From contig JBNZDD010013586.1 of the NCBI GenBank assembly GCA_050575255.1, positions 587,083 to 651,082 on the forward strand: a stretch of 64,000 bases of DNA, in the 5' to 3' direction. Position numbers and translations under genes: made by a program. This DNA is from Harriotta raleighana (Eukaryota). This document shows, piece by piece, positions 14,401 through 28,555 of this stretch; within the stretch, counting starts at the first letter, position 1, and each line of letters begins with the position of its first letter. The notes under the pieces were generated by a model, which worked only from the letters and a program-made list of their open reading frames with translations, did not search any database and was not told the origin of the DNA.

Positions 14401-16754
14401 TGAAGTATGAAAGTACAATGTCAGACTTTCTGTAGACATCAAGAAAACTTAATTAAATTCTATGGGTGCTGTAGGCAAGTTGTATTCTTTACTGAGCGAG
14501 ATTGAATGAATTTATTCAATGCTGTCTTTGTGATTCCCATACTCTGATTGGTAGGTAGTGTACAGTGTTACCAAGGTTATGCAATTTGCACTGTTAACAT
14601 TAGAAGCAAACACTTACATAAACTCCGAAACCCATATTGAAACACTTTCATAGTTTGTAGAAAGTAAGCACAAACATCTCAAGGCAACATTTTTCGACAC
14701 CAGAAATTTTATAAAAACAATACGACATCTCAAAGCGCTTCACAGGACATACTGTGAAGGTTAGTGACTGTGTGTTTTAAGAGCGAAACTTGGCAGCCCA
14801 TGGCCCAATGAATTGAAATGAATAAACAACCAATAAAGGCAATAAAATTTAAAAGATTCCAGTTAATGTCAGGGAATGTTACCTTTGGAACTTTGCACTA
14901 ATTCGCTCCAAAGCCTTCCAAAGTACAATGTCACAAAACACTGCAATTCAAACCGATAGCAAGTGCATGATACACATCAGAAATCCTCTATCTGTCAACA
15001 GTGGCCTTTGCGAGTCACTTCTGCTTCTAGATACAATTAAATCCTGATAACCTCTTAGTTAGTTTACCAATAAATACTAAAGGCAGGTCTAGGCTTTGAT
15101 CTATGTAAAAAAAAAAAAAGATTATGAAAAGGAATCTGAAATTGTTATCTGAACACCTTTTGCAGTTGTAATCAATAATGGATTAAAAGATAGAAAATAA
15201 ACAACAATTTTCCTTATACATAAGAACATGCTGTGAGCATCTTTTTAAAAAAAAATTCAACAGCTCATCAACGTTCGATCTGTGAGTGCTGCAAGGATGA
15301 AATATTTGTATTGTTAGACTGGGTTAGACATGGAGTAAAGTTCACTCTATACCAGTTCAAAATGTACTTCTGAATTAATTTGAGCAGGGCAATCTGAAGT
15401 AATTTATTCATGCAATGTTCGTTTCCCACATAAAGCATCCTCACGACTTCTCTGTGCAAGAGTTCTCATTATAGATAATTTCGCACGTTGGTATAACAGC
15501 TACTGTTCAAAACTCATGTTATTTCGTCAATAATTAGCCTCTGTTTCTCCAGTTTAAACGTGTAACCCTAAGACTCCCGGCAGGTGATCAGAACCCTTTG
15601 CTGGTGGAGAAATGTGGTACACTTCCACCTCACCTCTGTAAATTTAAAAACCTTTCTATTCTCTTTCATGATTTTCACTTTGTCGTTTAACTATTTTCTA
15701 ACCAGTCCATTTTTCTGACCATTTTTCTTCTCTAACATCTCGTTTGCCATTCAGAGATCAGTGAAAAGAAACCATTTCACCTTCGAGCTTTCAATCGCCC
15801 ATTGTCCCAGTTCTCTGCTTTCAAACCCTTCTTAAATCTTTTCTATGTTTGGAAATGTCTGCCTGAGGACACAAGAAAGCTGCAGAGTTTTAAAATGTAT
15901 TACTGTATTTTGTAAGACTTTAAATTGCAATTGTGCAGAAAATATTTCGGAATTACATTTCAAAGTTGGAATACCCTACCTGTACTCAAAAGATTCGAAT
16001 CACCCAGAGATCTACTTGAAAACGTAGTTATCAGGTTCACTGGTGTCTAACGTAATTTTTTTTTAGTGTGTAATAGATTATTCAGTAATTCTTCTGTGGT
16101 CCTGCAGCTAGGGTGATTGCCCAAACTAATCCAAATCAAATGCTTACACAGCAACCTGCTGTAAGCAAACTTTGTGGAAAAGAATATTCTGTCACGCTTG
16201 CCTGTCAGCAAACCCTCAGAGGCCTTGTCAAGTAGTCAATTATCAAATTGCATCCAAAAGTGCAGTGTCAAACCAAAGCTGTTACACAAATAGAACATGC
16301 ACATCTGGCCCATACAGTTCAAATTCAAATCCTTGCTGTGTCTTCATCACTTGCCAGCTGTTTATTTAAGATATTCTGGTTGTACCTTATGCTGCTCTAT
16401 CTGTAGAATTTTTTTTCTCTCACATTAATTATACTTTTGACTCTCAGTATTTCTAAATATTGAGATAGCACGAAAAGTTCAGCACTTCAAAACATGGCAT
16501 GTTGTTTGCTTGGGACTGGGATGGAGGGTCAGTAGTAGGGTGGGTGGGTGGGGGAAGAGTTTTGAGTAGGCTGGGTTCCTTTGAACATCATTCCGCCCAT
16601 GTTCTACTCCTTCATCAATGTTTAAAGTTCACATGACAGTAAACACTGTCTGTTTTCGTAACCTCATTCATTCTAATAATGTACATACAGAACAGCAAAT
16701 GTTTGTGTAGAAGGTGGCACGTTCTCTTTGAACAACCCCCAAAGCAAGATGCGA

Positions 16755-17150
16755 GATGTGTAGCTGCACGATCAGAGATACCAAGTCAGGATAGTTGCTG
16801 AACGTGAGCGTTTGCTGGGGCTAGTCCAGAGGAGAGACATTGTGTGAACTGGAGGCAGCGTAACTGCCAGGAGTCAATGTGTTCAGTGTTGTTGTACAAT
16901 CAGTGTTTGTTCAGGGCTGGTTGGGTGTAGCTATCGACTCAATGTCTGGCTGTGTAGGTGCACACAAGCAGTCTGACAGGGAGAGTCCAGTGCAGCTCTG
17001 ACGAGTAAGTGTCTGGTTCAGTGTAACTGTCATGTGTCAGTGTCTGGCAATGTAGCTGAACAATCTGTCTGTCTTGATTCATTGCAGTTGCCGAGAGTCA
17101 AATGTCGGTCAGTGATGATTCAGTGCAGTTGTGGAGAGTTAGCGTCTACC
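16755..17150. repeat. Decayed minisatellite (~25-30 bp unit)
   Basis: Recurring cagtgtagctg / gagagtca / gtgtctgg motifs. Confidence 0.55.
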
Positions 17151-17907
17151 AGGGCTGAAGTTCTGTTTTCGGGGTGGGATATGTGAAACACACCACTTGT
17201 TTGATGACGGAGGGAGCTTGAAGGGACTGGTGGAACTAATCATACGGAGATCACCAATAACAAGACAGACACGAATATTGGAACACAAACAAAGGATTAC
17301 TTCTACACAGGAAAAGGCACCCGAGACCTTGAACCTCTCACATCATCAGGATCACATCACTGAAAAATACAGTAAAAGCGTTTTAAGTGATGACAAATTC
17401 TAATGATTAAAAATTCGTATCTGGCTCAAGAGCCATATTTGGACAAGCTTAATGTTTTGTCATGCCAGATTTTGGGGGGGAAAAATACAAGGAGGGTGAT
17501 AGCTAGTCAAGTCTTGTAATAGTGTAGTATTAACTAATACAGATTGTGTAATCATTTACCAGTTGGCAAATGAGGAGTCAATCACATGTATTAGATGTGG
17601 GGGTGGAGAGGGAAGGGTGAGAAAAGACTCAAATGTTACATCAGTCAGTATGGCGACAAAAATGATTATGCAATTTATGTTCTTTGCACTTGGCAGCAAA
17701 TGTAAATAGGTTTTTCAAATATTGCGGGGGTTGTACAGGATGCAAGGAAAGGATTTAGGGATCGTAAAGCTGCAAGTAAAAGTGAACTAAGCAGCCAGGT
17801 CAAAGAGATTTTTTTTTATTTTTTAAAACACACACCAGTGATCACAGCGCTTAGAGGAAAAAGTCTGTCTCAGAATAGAGAAGTAGACATTTATTTGGAG
17901 AGGACAG

Positions 17908-18028
17908 GTTTGCGCTGTTATGGCGAGAGAGCTGGGGAGTGGGATTAAATTGCTCTTTTTAAAGAGCTGGCACAGACTCGATGGGCCGAACGGCCTCCTT
18001 TTGAGCAGTAAGATTCTATGATTCTATG
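17908..18028 (+). mobile_element. CR1 LINE 3' end
   Basis: gatgggccgaacggcctcc...(attctatg)2 terminal repeat typical of CR1. Confidence 0.85.
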
Positions 18029-18081
18029 AATGTGGGTGGATCATCTAACCTCGGGTAATTCAGACAAATATCCAGGCAGAA

Positions 18082-18300
18082 GAAAAATCAGAAATTGCTG
18101 GGAAGACTCAGCAGGTCGGGCAGCATCTATGGGGAAAGGAAAGCGAGTCAACGTTCCAAGGTCCTTTGTCAGAACTGCGGCTCATTGGGAGGGAGGGAGA
18201 GGCTTTTAAGGACCAACAGAGAGGGGGTGATGCAGGGCAAGGAAGACGAAGGAGAAAGTGTGGCAGAGGACACGAGCTGATGGGTTAAAGAGGTGTTAAT
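18082..18300 (-). mobile_element. Penelope-like retroelement terminal fragment
   Basis: cagaaattgctgggaagactcagcaggtcgggcagcatct...caacgtt...tcagaactg resembles the common shark PLE-associated terminal sequence. Confidence 0.6.
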
Positions 18301-19514
18301 TGTACAAAACAAATGATTGGGGGGGTGGGGGGGGGGGTGTTTCAACAAAAGTGGAGAGAAGAAGTTTTAATAATGCAAAACAAAATAAACATAAATATCC
18401 CATAAATATCTAGACAGGTCTGCCTAATTAGAGAATTACAGTACTGCCGAGCAGAGAAATGTAAATATAAAGCCTTTCTAATAGATCTTTCTCTGCAGTT
18501 CTGAGAAAAAAAAAATAGTCCAGAATCTGCCGATACTCATTGGATTTCCTCTCAAACTGTTGTTTTGTTGGAGAACAGCAACGATAATACGGCTATGGGA
18601 TAACTTTTTGGCCTACAAAAATTAACTTTCCTGTAGCTGGCTTCCAAACACAAGAATTCTATCGATGATAGGCAAATTTATTCATATTTTACAAAGCCAG
18701 TGTTGCATCCAGTGTCAACAGATCACAAAGGCTTAGCGTTTGTGTGGTTGTCGAAAACGTTTTATTCCGTTCTACTCCAGTGACTGTTTTGGAATCAGTA
18801 CTGATGGGAAACTCACCGTTGGATGCACAGGAAAACACAAAAGATCAAACGACTGTTTGTTTTAAGGAAAAGAGAAAGAGAGATTTCCTGGACTACTTGT
18901 ATGTTGGTGATGGATGACCACAGGTTTATTTCCTCTTATTTTTATTTTTGGGGATCAATTTCAACTCTCAGCTTAACGATAAATACAACCTTAATTTTTT
19001 TATTTCTTCTCATCTGCGGGAAATCATGTAGTCTAAGGAAAAGGCAGACATCACACTCCTGTCTGACTCACTCCTGCCCACACATCACTGTTAATAGGGC
19101 AGCAAAGATATCATTTTGTTTGCATTTTGAAGCAAATCCTCCACTTACTTCAATCCTGGTTCCAGTCATTGTCAGTACCAGTCACGGCTGGTATCGGTGT
19201 CAATTTGTGAATGGTAATTATTTTGTCCGGATGCTTCGACAAGAATCACTGCGTGCAAACAGTTTCGGGTCTGCTGCCCACACTTGATGCTAGAAAAACA
19301 ACTGACAGTAGCTTGCCCTCCAACATGTTCATGTTCCATGTTTATTCAACTGAAGGTAATTGCACAATTGGAAAGTCATATCACTTACTTATTATTTTAA
19401 TTCAGAAAACGTGAAATGCACTATTGTTTTTTCCCTCCTTATTGTCGAACACAAACCATTACCACAGTCGCCAACAGTCGTTCACATCGAAATGCCATCA
19501 AGCAGCGCATCTCA

Positions 19515-19705
19515 TAATAATAATAATGATAATAATTGAGAATAATCCTTGCATTTGGTGTAGCATCTTTCACTTTGGGAGGATGACTTAAAGCGCCAGG
19601 ACAGGATTTACTGTGAAGTGCAGTGACTGTGTATTTGTAGGCGAACACAGTAGCCCAATTGCACACAGCAATTTCCTACAGACAGCGAGGAAATAAATGA
19701 CCAAT
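19515..19705 (-). mobile_element. Diverged SINE 3' half
   Basis: (taa)n + aatccttgcatttg tail and ccaattgcacacagca core. Confidence 0.75.
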
Positions 19706-19844
19706 CTTACTTGGGGGATTGTTGGCCACGACAGCAGTAAAACTGTCTTCTCTGTCTACCCATCCGTAGCAAGGATGCCCACTAAACCTATCTATCAATA
19801 ACAAGGATAATTTACCCCCCTCTTCAAACCTGAAAACTCACATA

Positions 19845-20058
19845 CAGTAACATTCCACATGGCTTGAGATCTATTCAGAGTTTGCAGAATTTGCCAAATT
19901 GTTAAATTCAATTTTAACTTCGAGGCCCATTTTCGGTAGATAAAGGATCTTGCAGAGAGGCGATTAAAGATTGCGTTTGAAGAATTTGAAAGTATTCTGC
20001 ACACTCTGTAAATGTGACGTGACGAGAGTAAATCTAGGCCCAGTTGGAATTTCTACTC
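19845..20058. mobile_element. Palindromic MITE-like element, copy 1 (decayed)
   Basis: Right end gtaaatctaggcccagttggaatttctac and internal ttcagagt..gaatttgccaaattgtt are shared with 26306-26531. Confidence 0.55.
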
Positions 20059-20654
20059 AGCCAGCGATCTTCAATCAATGCACCCTAAACAGATGTAGTG
20101 AAGATGGTTAAATTCTGCAATAAATGGCATCAACATATTTTGTGCCCAATCCTTGCTTGCACTATTTAGTGCACGGATGATGAAGTGATTCATACGTTCA
20201 GAAATTTTTACACTTCCATACTTTCCCTGTCATTAAACCGGTTGATTCCTTGCTCTGATGACCTAGTTGAATGGCTGGCTCACCTGAAGTTTTAGAACTG
20301 GCAAATGCGACTTGCAACCCTTTTCCAGCCGATTTATTCTGCATTCGATTCACAGAGTAAACTGCATTCCGAACAACGTGTGTGTGAGCCAATAATCTGT
20401 TCACCGCACTAATAGACAATGAAGACATTACCTGAAGGCTGACAGATAGCATTAGTAATGCAGAAAATTATCTGAATGCAGGGAAACTGTGGAAACATTA
20501 AGGATTAAGAAGGCAATAACATCCGCTCAACTCAATAATAATAATCTAATATGCCTTCAATTTACGTATAGCGCCTTGCTCAATACTTTAGGAGGCAACA
20601 AGACAATAGAACAAGAAGACATCAGTTTCGTTGTAAAGTGTGATTTTAGGGCAG

Positions 20655-20765
20655 TGACAATGAGGTTTTTTGTGTGTGTACAAAGCGTAATTAATGTCTG
20701 GAATAGGTTGCCACAAAAGGTGGTAGAGGCCAGGACACAACTCATTCAAAAAGTAGCTTGATGCA
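20655..20765 (+). mobile_element. CR1 ORF2 3' fragment
   Basis: Translates SVINVWNRLPQKVVEA, the CR1 RVVxxWNxLPxxVVEA motif. Confidence 0.75.
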
Positions 20766-22289
20766 TTGACGGAGATCGGATGAGCTGATTGCTTTTCTTC
20801 TGACGCCAATGTTGGTTTTGATGTGTTACTGTAGATTTTTCTTGGCACTGTCGCTGGTGTCATTGGTAAAGTGCTAGTTTTTCTTTATGTTGAAATCTAA
20901 TACCTGGTGTGGCATTGTCCACATTTGATGCCAGCATCTATTTTGATAAGACTGTTGTCATATTCCTACCCCAAAATTTAGCCAAGTCTATAAATTAAAT
21001 CAATATTTTATTTCCAGTAGCTCCTGTGTAGTGATGTTTCTGGTTTCGCCCGTATATCAAGCCATATTCAATCAAGAAACATTTATTTGGTTGGCTGAGC
21101 AAAAAGGTTGGCTCACACTGATCTAGGGAAAACACACACTGGCCTGTGGGTAGCAGAAGGACATCTGCCAACTTGAACATCACAAAACAGTTTTGTGTGC
21201 AATAAATGAGAAAAAAATTCTTCTTCTTCCTATCCCCACACCCCACCCGCCTCCCCAAAAAGGAATACCAGAGTANCCAACTTGAACATCACAAAACAGT
21301 TTTGTGTGCAATAAATGAGAAAAAAAAATCTTCTTCTTCCTATCCCCACCCGCCTCCCCAAAAAGGAATACCAGAGTAAAACTGCATTCCTCACAAATCA
21401 CTAAATACAATACGTTTTCAGCTGAGCCACTCTGATTCGGGGGATAAGATGTGTGTGTGTGTTTTTCCATGTTACTTGCTCAGTAGATTTTTCATTTTGT
21501 TATTTTACAACATCCACAGTTAGCAAGAAATTATTTTGAAATATGCTCAGCACTTGAACTATCCATTTCTCTACTTAAAACAGCAAGACTTGGGTTCAGG
21601 ACCTTAGAAGGTAACTGCGCCAAAAATGAATGTTTCTTATTACGGTGATTGATGGTATTACATGGGATTTAATCAATCTTCCTGATTGAAATGCTCAAGG
21701 CAAATCCATGCAGGCATTTTACAAGCATCTATGGGACAGATTACACTAAACTGGCAAACATACAATGTCATTTCAGTTATACTGCAGCTTAAATGTCACT
21801 CAGCTTGATTGAAGGATGTCATTGGTAAAGTGGTAGTTTTTCTTTAGATACAAAGGCAAAAGCCGCAGCATTCAATACTGTGAAAATCAAACAAATCTGT
21901 GGATTCATTTGCCCTATGTTCAACTCAATCATAGTTACGGGATTCACACAGCAGTGAATTTGTTCCTGAAACACACAGACTTATAGGAAAAAAGTGGAAA
22001 GTATTTCATTTGAGACCTTGTTCTATTGGAATATTTGATATGCATATGCAACAGCAGCAGTAAAAACTGCGATGTTTCATGACAAATCAGGTCACGAGCA
22101 AGCGTTTTAATGAATCTGTTGTGGAACATTTTAGCTTTTCCCCTCCCACTTAATGCATGAAAATCTGAGAACAATTGCTGAGCTGAAAGAAGCTCAAAGA
22201 TAACTGATTCCACACAAATACCATCACATGCTAGTGTGGTGTGATAGTGGAATGGTTACAGTGTCTCTCAGATCACTTCACTTTCAAAA

Positions 22290-22685
22290 CCTTCCATGGC
22301 CTCAGCACACTCGTTCTCTTGTAACCCTCAGTTCTGTTGTTCCCCTCGCTCCACAAACCAAACACACTCCAGGCTGCTTCACGTCAGCCCTGCTTGGGAT
22401 GAGCTTTCAAGCAATGTGCATCCCCCATCCCAGAGAATCCTCCGTCTTGTCCTCTCCCAGGGCCAAATTGCGCTGTCAAATCCCGCCTTAAGAGCCATCT
22501 TTTTGCCACCGCACTTACAGAAACCTCACAGAACATCCTCCCACCTCCACCCACCCCCCACCACCATCACCATCCCTCCCTCCACAACACTCCCCACCTC
22601 CATCTCGAGCTCCCAGTCAGCCGAGTGATATGTCCTAGCTCCTAAAGTGAAAAGCGCAATATAAATGCAAATTACTGTTGTTGTC
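22290..22685 (+). mobile_element. L2 LINE 3' fragment
   Basis: Homologous to 11030-11452; ends gtgaaaagcgcaatataaatgcaaattactgttgttg. Confidence 0.7.
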
Positions 22686-25600
22686 AACTCTAATCTAACA
22701 CCAGAGAGCTGTAAGATACAGCATCATTCAAGTCACTGTCATTTCGGAACAGTAAATATTAATCAAGCTTTCAACTTCTCGTCACTGTGGTGATGGAGGA
22801 GATAGTTGATAAACAAACCAGTTGTAAAAGCTTTCCTGCAATAATTGACTACCCACATCTTGTCCTTTTGCCTGCATTTATCAACATATGTATATACATT
22901 TAGTACAGATGATATTCATATTTCCATTAGAAGCTTTATCTAGCATTGCGATGAATCCCACCCCCTCACAGCAGTGCAGGCTCCAGAAGTCTTTGTTAAT
23001 CATAATAATAATTCTGAAATTCGGTACCATGCCTTTCATGTCGGCGGGATGTCCCAAATAGCTTCACAGAAGATACTGTGACACGCAGTAGATACTGTGA
23101 CACGCAGTAACTGTGTGCTTTGTTAAAGAGGAATGGCACAGTGTTTCAGACAGTTAATTTCCAGATGGCAAACATTCACGCAATTGTGTTATTTTCTACA
23201 GTTACCAGTTTCGTACTAAATCTCCAAACTTCGGGTGCCACAGCATTGTAATTAAAGAAAGACTGGTTGCAACTTTTGAAAGGTCACAGATATTATTCTG
23301 GTACTTGCACAGCCGTAAAGCTAGTACATCAACACACCAATCCTGCATTATCATGCTCATGGGAGCAGTCATTCCCAAAGCAGCAACTGTTAGAATTTAT
23401 TTTCTGACAGTGATATTAACACAAAGCACATTTCGCAGTTGTGTCTCTCTCCATCTGTTTGTGGGCTCAATCCCACCGTAAGCAACCGTTCTAAATGTCA
23501 ACAGTGTCACAAATGCTAAGCCTGCCTCAAGCAAGGGCCGAGCGGGCGATTTATACACATTAAAAAACATAGGGTCGAGTTCCACAACATAACTAATGTT
23601 AATAAAAAAAAACTTTTAAAAGCCAGTTGGCTCATCAATGTCATTCCTTTCGCTTTGGGGACGACTTGCCAAGGAACCCTACAATCCAGGCCCCTTCACT
23701 GCCAGTAATCCGAGGTGATTAATGGCGTGTATAGCGTGTATAAATACATGTCTGTCAGGCAAAGAGGAAAACATTTTAATAAAGAATCTGTGGCAAGTTT
23801 ACACCCACACATTTCTCCCACCAGAGCTTGATGGAAATTATCCGTAGATCGGGACTATGGTTTACTTCAAATATGGAACACGATCATAAACACAGCCCTT
23901 GGCTTCACTACCTCCAAAAACACTGTTTATTTTATAAATCGGTACTCTCAAGCCAAGATCATTACATTTGTTCCACGCATCAAATATACCTTGACAGTCA
24001 AGTCCAAATAAAGACCTTTTTTGAAGCTCAGGATTCAGTTGAGCTAAACCATTTCCTGGTCATTCCGTATGGAAAAAGAACACTTATTCAGTACAAATAT
24101 CTTGATGGCCTCCTAAACTTGCTCTCTTACTTGCCTACACAATTCTACACTATCTATTACAGTAAATCCTACCATTTTATCATTTCCAGGAGTAACAATC
24201 CCTCCCGCCAAAAAACTAATCTCATTTGGCTTTCGAACAATGGCTTTTAAGCGGAATTAGACAAATAACTGAAAAGGAAATATATGAAAGCAACAAGTGG
24301 ACAAGGCAGGGAAGTGGGACAGAGCAGAAAGCACTTACAGAAAACCTCCACAGATAATGGTTGTTTGAATAGCCTTTTGTGCTATAGGACATCTTCCCAA
24401 CGTGAAAAGCCCTCTATACATGTAATTTTGTTGTTGCTGAAACATTCTACAATTCAGTGACTCAATAACATACAGGAACGTCATGTCAATTGTATTTCCC
24501 TTAACTGCTGACAAAATAACAACCACACAGAAAATCTGCTAAGGAATTGAATGTCTACCGTCCCATAAACCATATTGCTTTTCAGTTTTCAGCACTCGTG
24601 CTCTTCCTATTGAAGTTCTAAAAATATTTATCTCATTGATGTACCCTTGTAGAAAGTTAAAGTCAAGAGTTCTTACATTCATCTTGAGGTATCGCCCCGG
24701 GATCTAATAATAAANAGTTCTAAAAATATTTATCTCATTGATGTACCCTTGTAGAAAGTTAAAGTCAAGAGTTCTTACATTCATCTTGAGGTATCGCCCC
24801 GGTAATTGCAGCAATACGTGTACATAGTTGTTAACGACTTGTAATTATGTACAAGGAAAGCATTTCTACACAAGACTTCCTAAGAGTAAATCCTCTTTGG
24901 TCCCAGTAGTCAAAGCACAGCAGTGTTACATATTCACTACAGTCTTACAGTCTGGCTTTAACTACTTGTGCAAGAAGTCAATTGAGGCTGGACCTGTGCT
25001 GGTATGAGAGCCAACTAACTGATTTGTTGGTTCTCAATCTGACCGATATGGGTAACTTGAATTGGAAGCTTCTTATTGATTTTTCTCTCGCTTTTGGAGC
25101 TTCTCTCCCCCACCACCCCCACTTACTTTAATAACACACTGCTTGGTAAAGCAATGCTGGATAGGCCAGCCACAGGCTTCTTTTTTTTTTGCTTCTTTAC
25201 AAATGTTATCCTTGCTGTTCCGTGATTCACATGAGACTTAATGGCCCTCCCATAGCGTTCGCTTCTTCTCCATTGAGAGAGATGAACCCAGGGCCCAGGT
25301 AANTACAAATGTTATCCTTGCTGTTCCGTGATTCACATGAGACTTAATGGCCCCCCCCACAACGTTCGCTTCTTCTCCACTGAGAGAGATGAACCCAGGG
25401 CCTTAATATGGATATTGATTGCGACAAAGATTCAGACTTAGCTCTTCTGGTAAAGCAAGCCAACACCACTCCATTACTGTAGCAATTGGGACAATCTTTT
25501 ATTTTGCTCTTAAAATATTTTCAGCCCGCTTTTACAACAACAGCAGCAATTTAAATTACACTTGTCTAACCCGTTTCATGTCAGGAGACGTCCGAAGGCA

Positions 25601-26305
25601 TTCACTGTTTCAGACCCAATCTAATATTAACTGACATTCCAGCTCCATTTTACAGTATTTCGCAGTTCAATTACATTTTAAGAAGGGTATTAAGATTTTT
25701 TTAAGGATACTTTCCTATAATGTTGCCTTTTGTGATCGCTTTATACTTAATTATGCTTGCTCACTGTGTCTTAATGCACAATTACAAGATATAAAATAGT
25801 AATACAGTTACGGCTGTAACAGATTACATAGGGTATCATTAACACGTATTCATGTGTTTGGAATGAGGTTCACTGTAAATAACCTGGATGATGTTAATGC
25901 AATTTTGTATTTTCATATTTAAGTTAAAAAAAAGCTCATTTTGCAGTATCCAGCATAAAATAAATGTTCCTTACACTCATTTTTAAAAAAATCCTCAAAC
26001 AGGTTAAGTCGTCAGCTAAATTTTAACCAAAGATGCAACAAAATGACTGTCGGACATTACATTCAGACTGACCGACTCACAGACTGTACACATTTTCATC
26101 ACCTCTAAACTTGCTACCTGCAGATTTGCGCTCTGAGACGCCATCCGGCGTGGAGGGCGCTATATAAATCGAAGTAGTTATTGTTGTATCACTTCATCAA
26201 CAATCAAGTCTTCAGCAGATTCCTTACAAATGAATTCCAGTTCAGAAGAAATTTCAGTACGGTCAATTATTTTCGTGTCAGATAATATTTCTGATTGCGT
26301 CCATT

Positions 26306-26531
26306 GGGGAAAAGTTCCAACTAGGTCCAGATTTATTCTATGCGTTGCATTTCAGAGTTCCCGAATTTGGCAAATTGTTAGATACAGCCTTAATTCTGAA
26401 GTTGGGTTTCTACAAACTACAGTAACCGGCTTCAAAGGTAGAGTTGAATTCATTCATTCGCTCAATTCTGAATGCCTCTTGAAATGCTACCGGAACAGCG
26501 TAAATCCGGATCGGAGTGGAGTTTCTGCCCC
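26306..26531. mobile_element. Palindromic MITE-like element, copy 2
   Basis: Imperfect TIRs ggggaaaagttccaactaggtccagattta / taaatccggatcggagtggagtttctgcccc. Confidence 0.6.
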
Positions 26532-28377
26532 GCTGTTAATCTCCTCAAGTTTGGTACTTTCTAATGTAGGGATGCTCAATTTCTCTCCAACGTTATCGTT
26601 AAACATCAAAGGAAAGATTGTGCCAGAGTTTACCGCTGCAAAGTCAATCAGAGGAACTAACCTCTGACCTTCCTACCATCAAGCATTTGCTACTCTAGCC
26701 TGTTCATTGTCCGCTCCGCATTATTCCCACAGTGCTTAGACTGGCTAACAAAAAAAAAGCACAGAATTTTGTCGGCACATAATTAGTTATCGTTAAGGGA
26801 AACCACTAGAGTGTAGATCCTCATTATCTCACTCAGTGTTAAAAGGAAATTAAAAATCTACTTTTTTTCCCCCGATCCCACAAAAAAAGTACACTCTCGA
26901 GAAACATCACCATTCTGACCAGTTGTTGTTGAGCTGCGCATTCTTGGTAGGGACGTCACTTCACAATTACATCAATTCTTTTAGGGAGGCGAGCGCCCGT
27001 GGAAAAGGATCAGAATAGGACTCCATGGCTGGCTCGGAAAGGAACAGCTGCCATAATTAAAGATTGTATCTTCTGTCGCAGTAGCTGCTTGTTTTGATTC
27101 CCTCTCTCACTTATCATTGTCGGTTCGTAATGAATGTGTTTGCAAACACAACCAAGCTACAGCTCGGTTTAATTTGCATTAATGAAACGCAATAAGAAGA
27201 AAACTGATCCTTCGCACAAAAGGAAAAGATACTATTATTTTGTGTCCCATATTCAGAGCAAGGAACAACGCACTCTAAGATGTCGAGATATAAAACGTCT
27301 CGGTAGTGTGATCCCATATACCTTTTGTTATTTAAAATCTGATTTGTTTCACTGATAATTTTTTTTAATATAATATATATTCGTGAATAAAGTATCATCG
27401 TGATTTTGATTAGTTTCTATTTCAATTCCCTCCACCCCCCCCCCCATCCCCATTCTTAAATTGCATCCCTTTGTTTTGCTGCCGTTTACAAAGCTGTTTT
27501 TCATTTCGCCAATCAAAAGGGTTGGTATACTCTAGGGAGAGGGTTTTGTGTTGAGGGGAAACTAACTATGAATGAGGAAACTGACCTTTGTCCCAAAGGA
27601 CCTCACCTGGGGTACAAAGATGCTGATATTGGAATAAGCACTTTCACTGGTTGGTCTCTAGCCGATGGCAACCATACCAAGCAGGCGTTATTAGTTACCC
27701 TCACAACAAGCAGCAGAAGGAAATGGATGCCTTGAATGAGTTACCAGGAGAGCTGGTTGAGACAGTAACACCGGACTCATTTCAAGAAACAAAATGCCGC
27801 CTAGTCTCAGCGATCAGACCGTTTTATTTAATCTTGAAACGTAATTTTTGTCTCAATTTGTCACACGTTTCTCTGCGCTTCTTATAATAGTAGTAATCGT
27901 TATATTCGATACCCCGCCTTATCATCTGGTCAAAATATCTCAAAGGGCGGCAGCCAATTTGCAGACACCGTCCCACAAATACCAATCAAGTCAATCACCA
28001 ATTTTATTGGTCGAACAAAGCAGCACTCTCCCAACACTGCGCTAGAATATTAAAAGCAAATTTGAAGAGTTTGTCCACTATTTGGGCATGAACGGCATGA
28101 AGTGTGGAGAAAAGAGGAGAAAAGTCTCACAGAGGAAGCAGTTCATGCAGTCTCCTGGCAAAACAAAGTACAATAAATGCCTTATTAAGGCATTTCTTCA
28201 TTTATATTCATTAGAGGAAATTGGTCTCATGTCCCTGGGGGAAAAATATAATCAGTTTTGTGGTGGGTTGCAGAATTGGGTTGGACTCTACCGCACTTTT
28301 TGCATTCCTAGACAACCCTGGGAGCACGTGGCTCGTAATGTCCTTCCTTAGTTCTAGGTGGCAATCTCTGCAACAAG

Positions 28378-28555
28378 ATAATAAAAATAATAATCCTTGC
28401 ATTTGATATAGTGCCTTGTCACGTTTTTGAGACTTCTCAAAGCGTTTCGCCAAATATACCGTAACGTACATTGACTATATATTTTGTGGGCAAGACCAGG
28501 TAGCCAACTCCACACAGAGCTGTCCCACAAACAGTCGTGGACTGAATGACCAGAA
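28378..28555 (-). mobile_element. SINE 3' half
   Basis: aataatccttgcatttgatatagtgcc...cccacaaacagtcgtgga. Confidence 0.8.

Noticed and set aside
23071-23109. 19-bp direct repeat agatactgtgacacgcagt x2
   Set aside because: Local slippage duplication inside a decayed SINE tail; no spacers, not CRISPR-like
26230-26667. 145-aa ORF
   Set aside because: Overlaps the palindromic MITE-like element; no protein features
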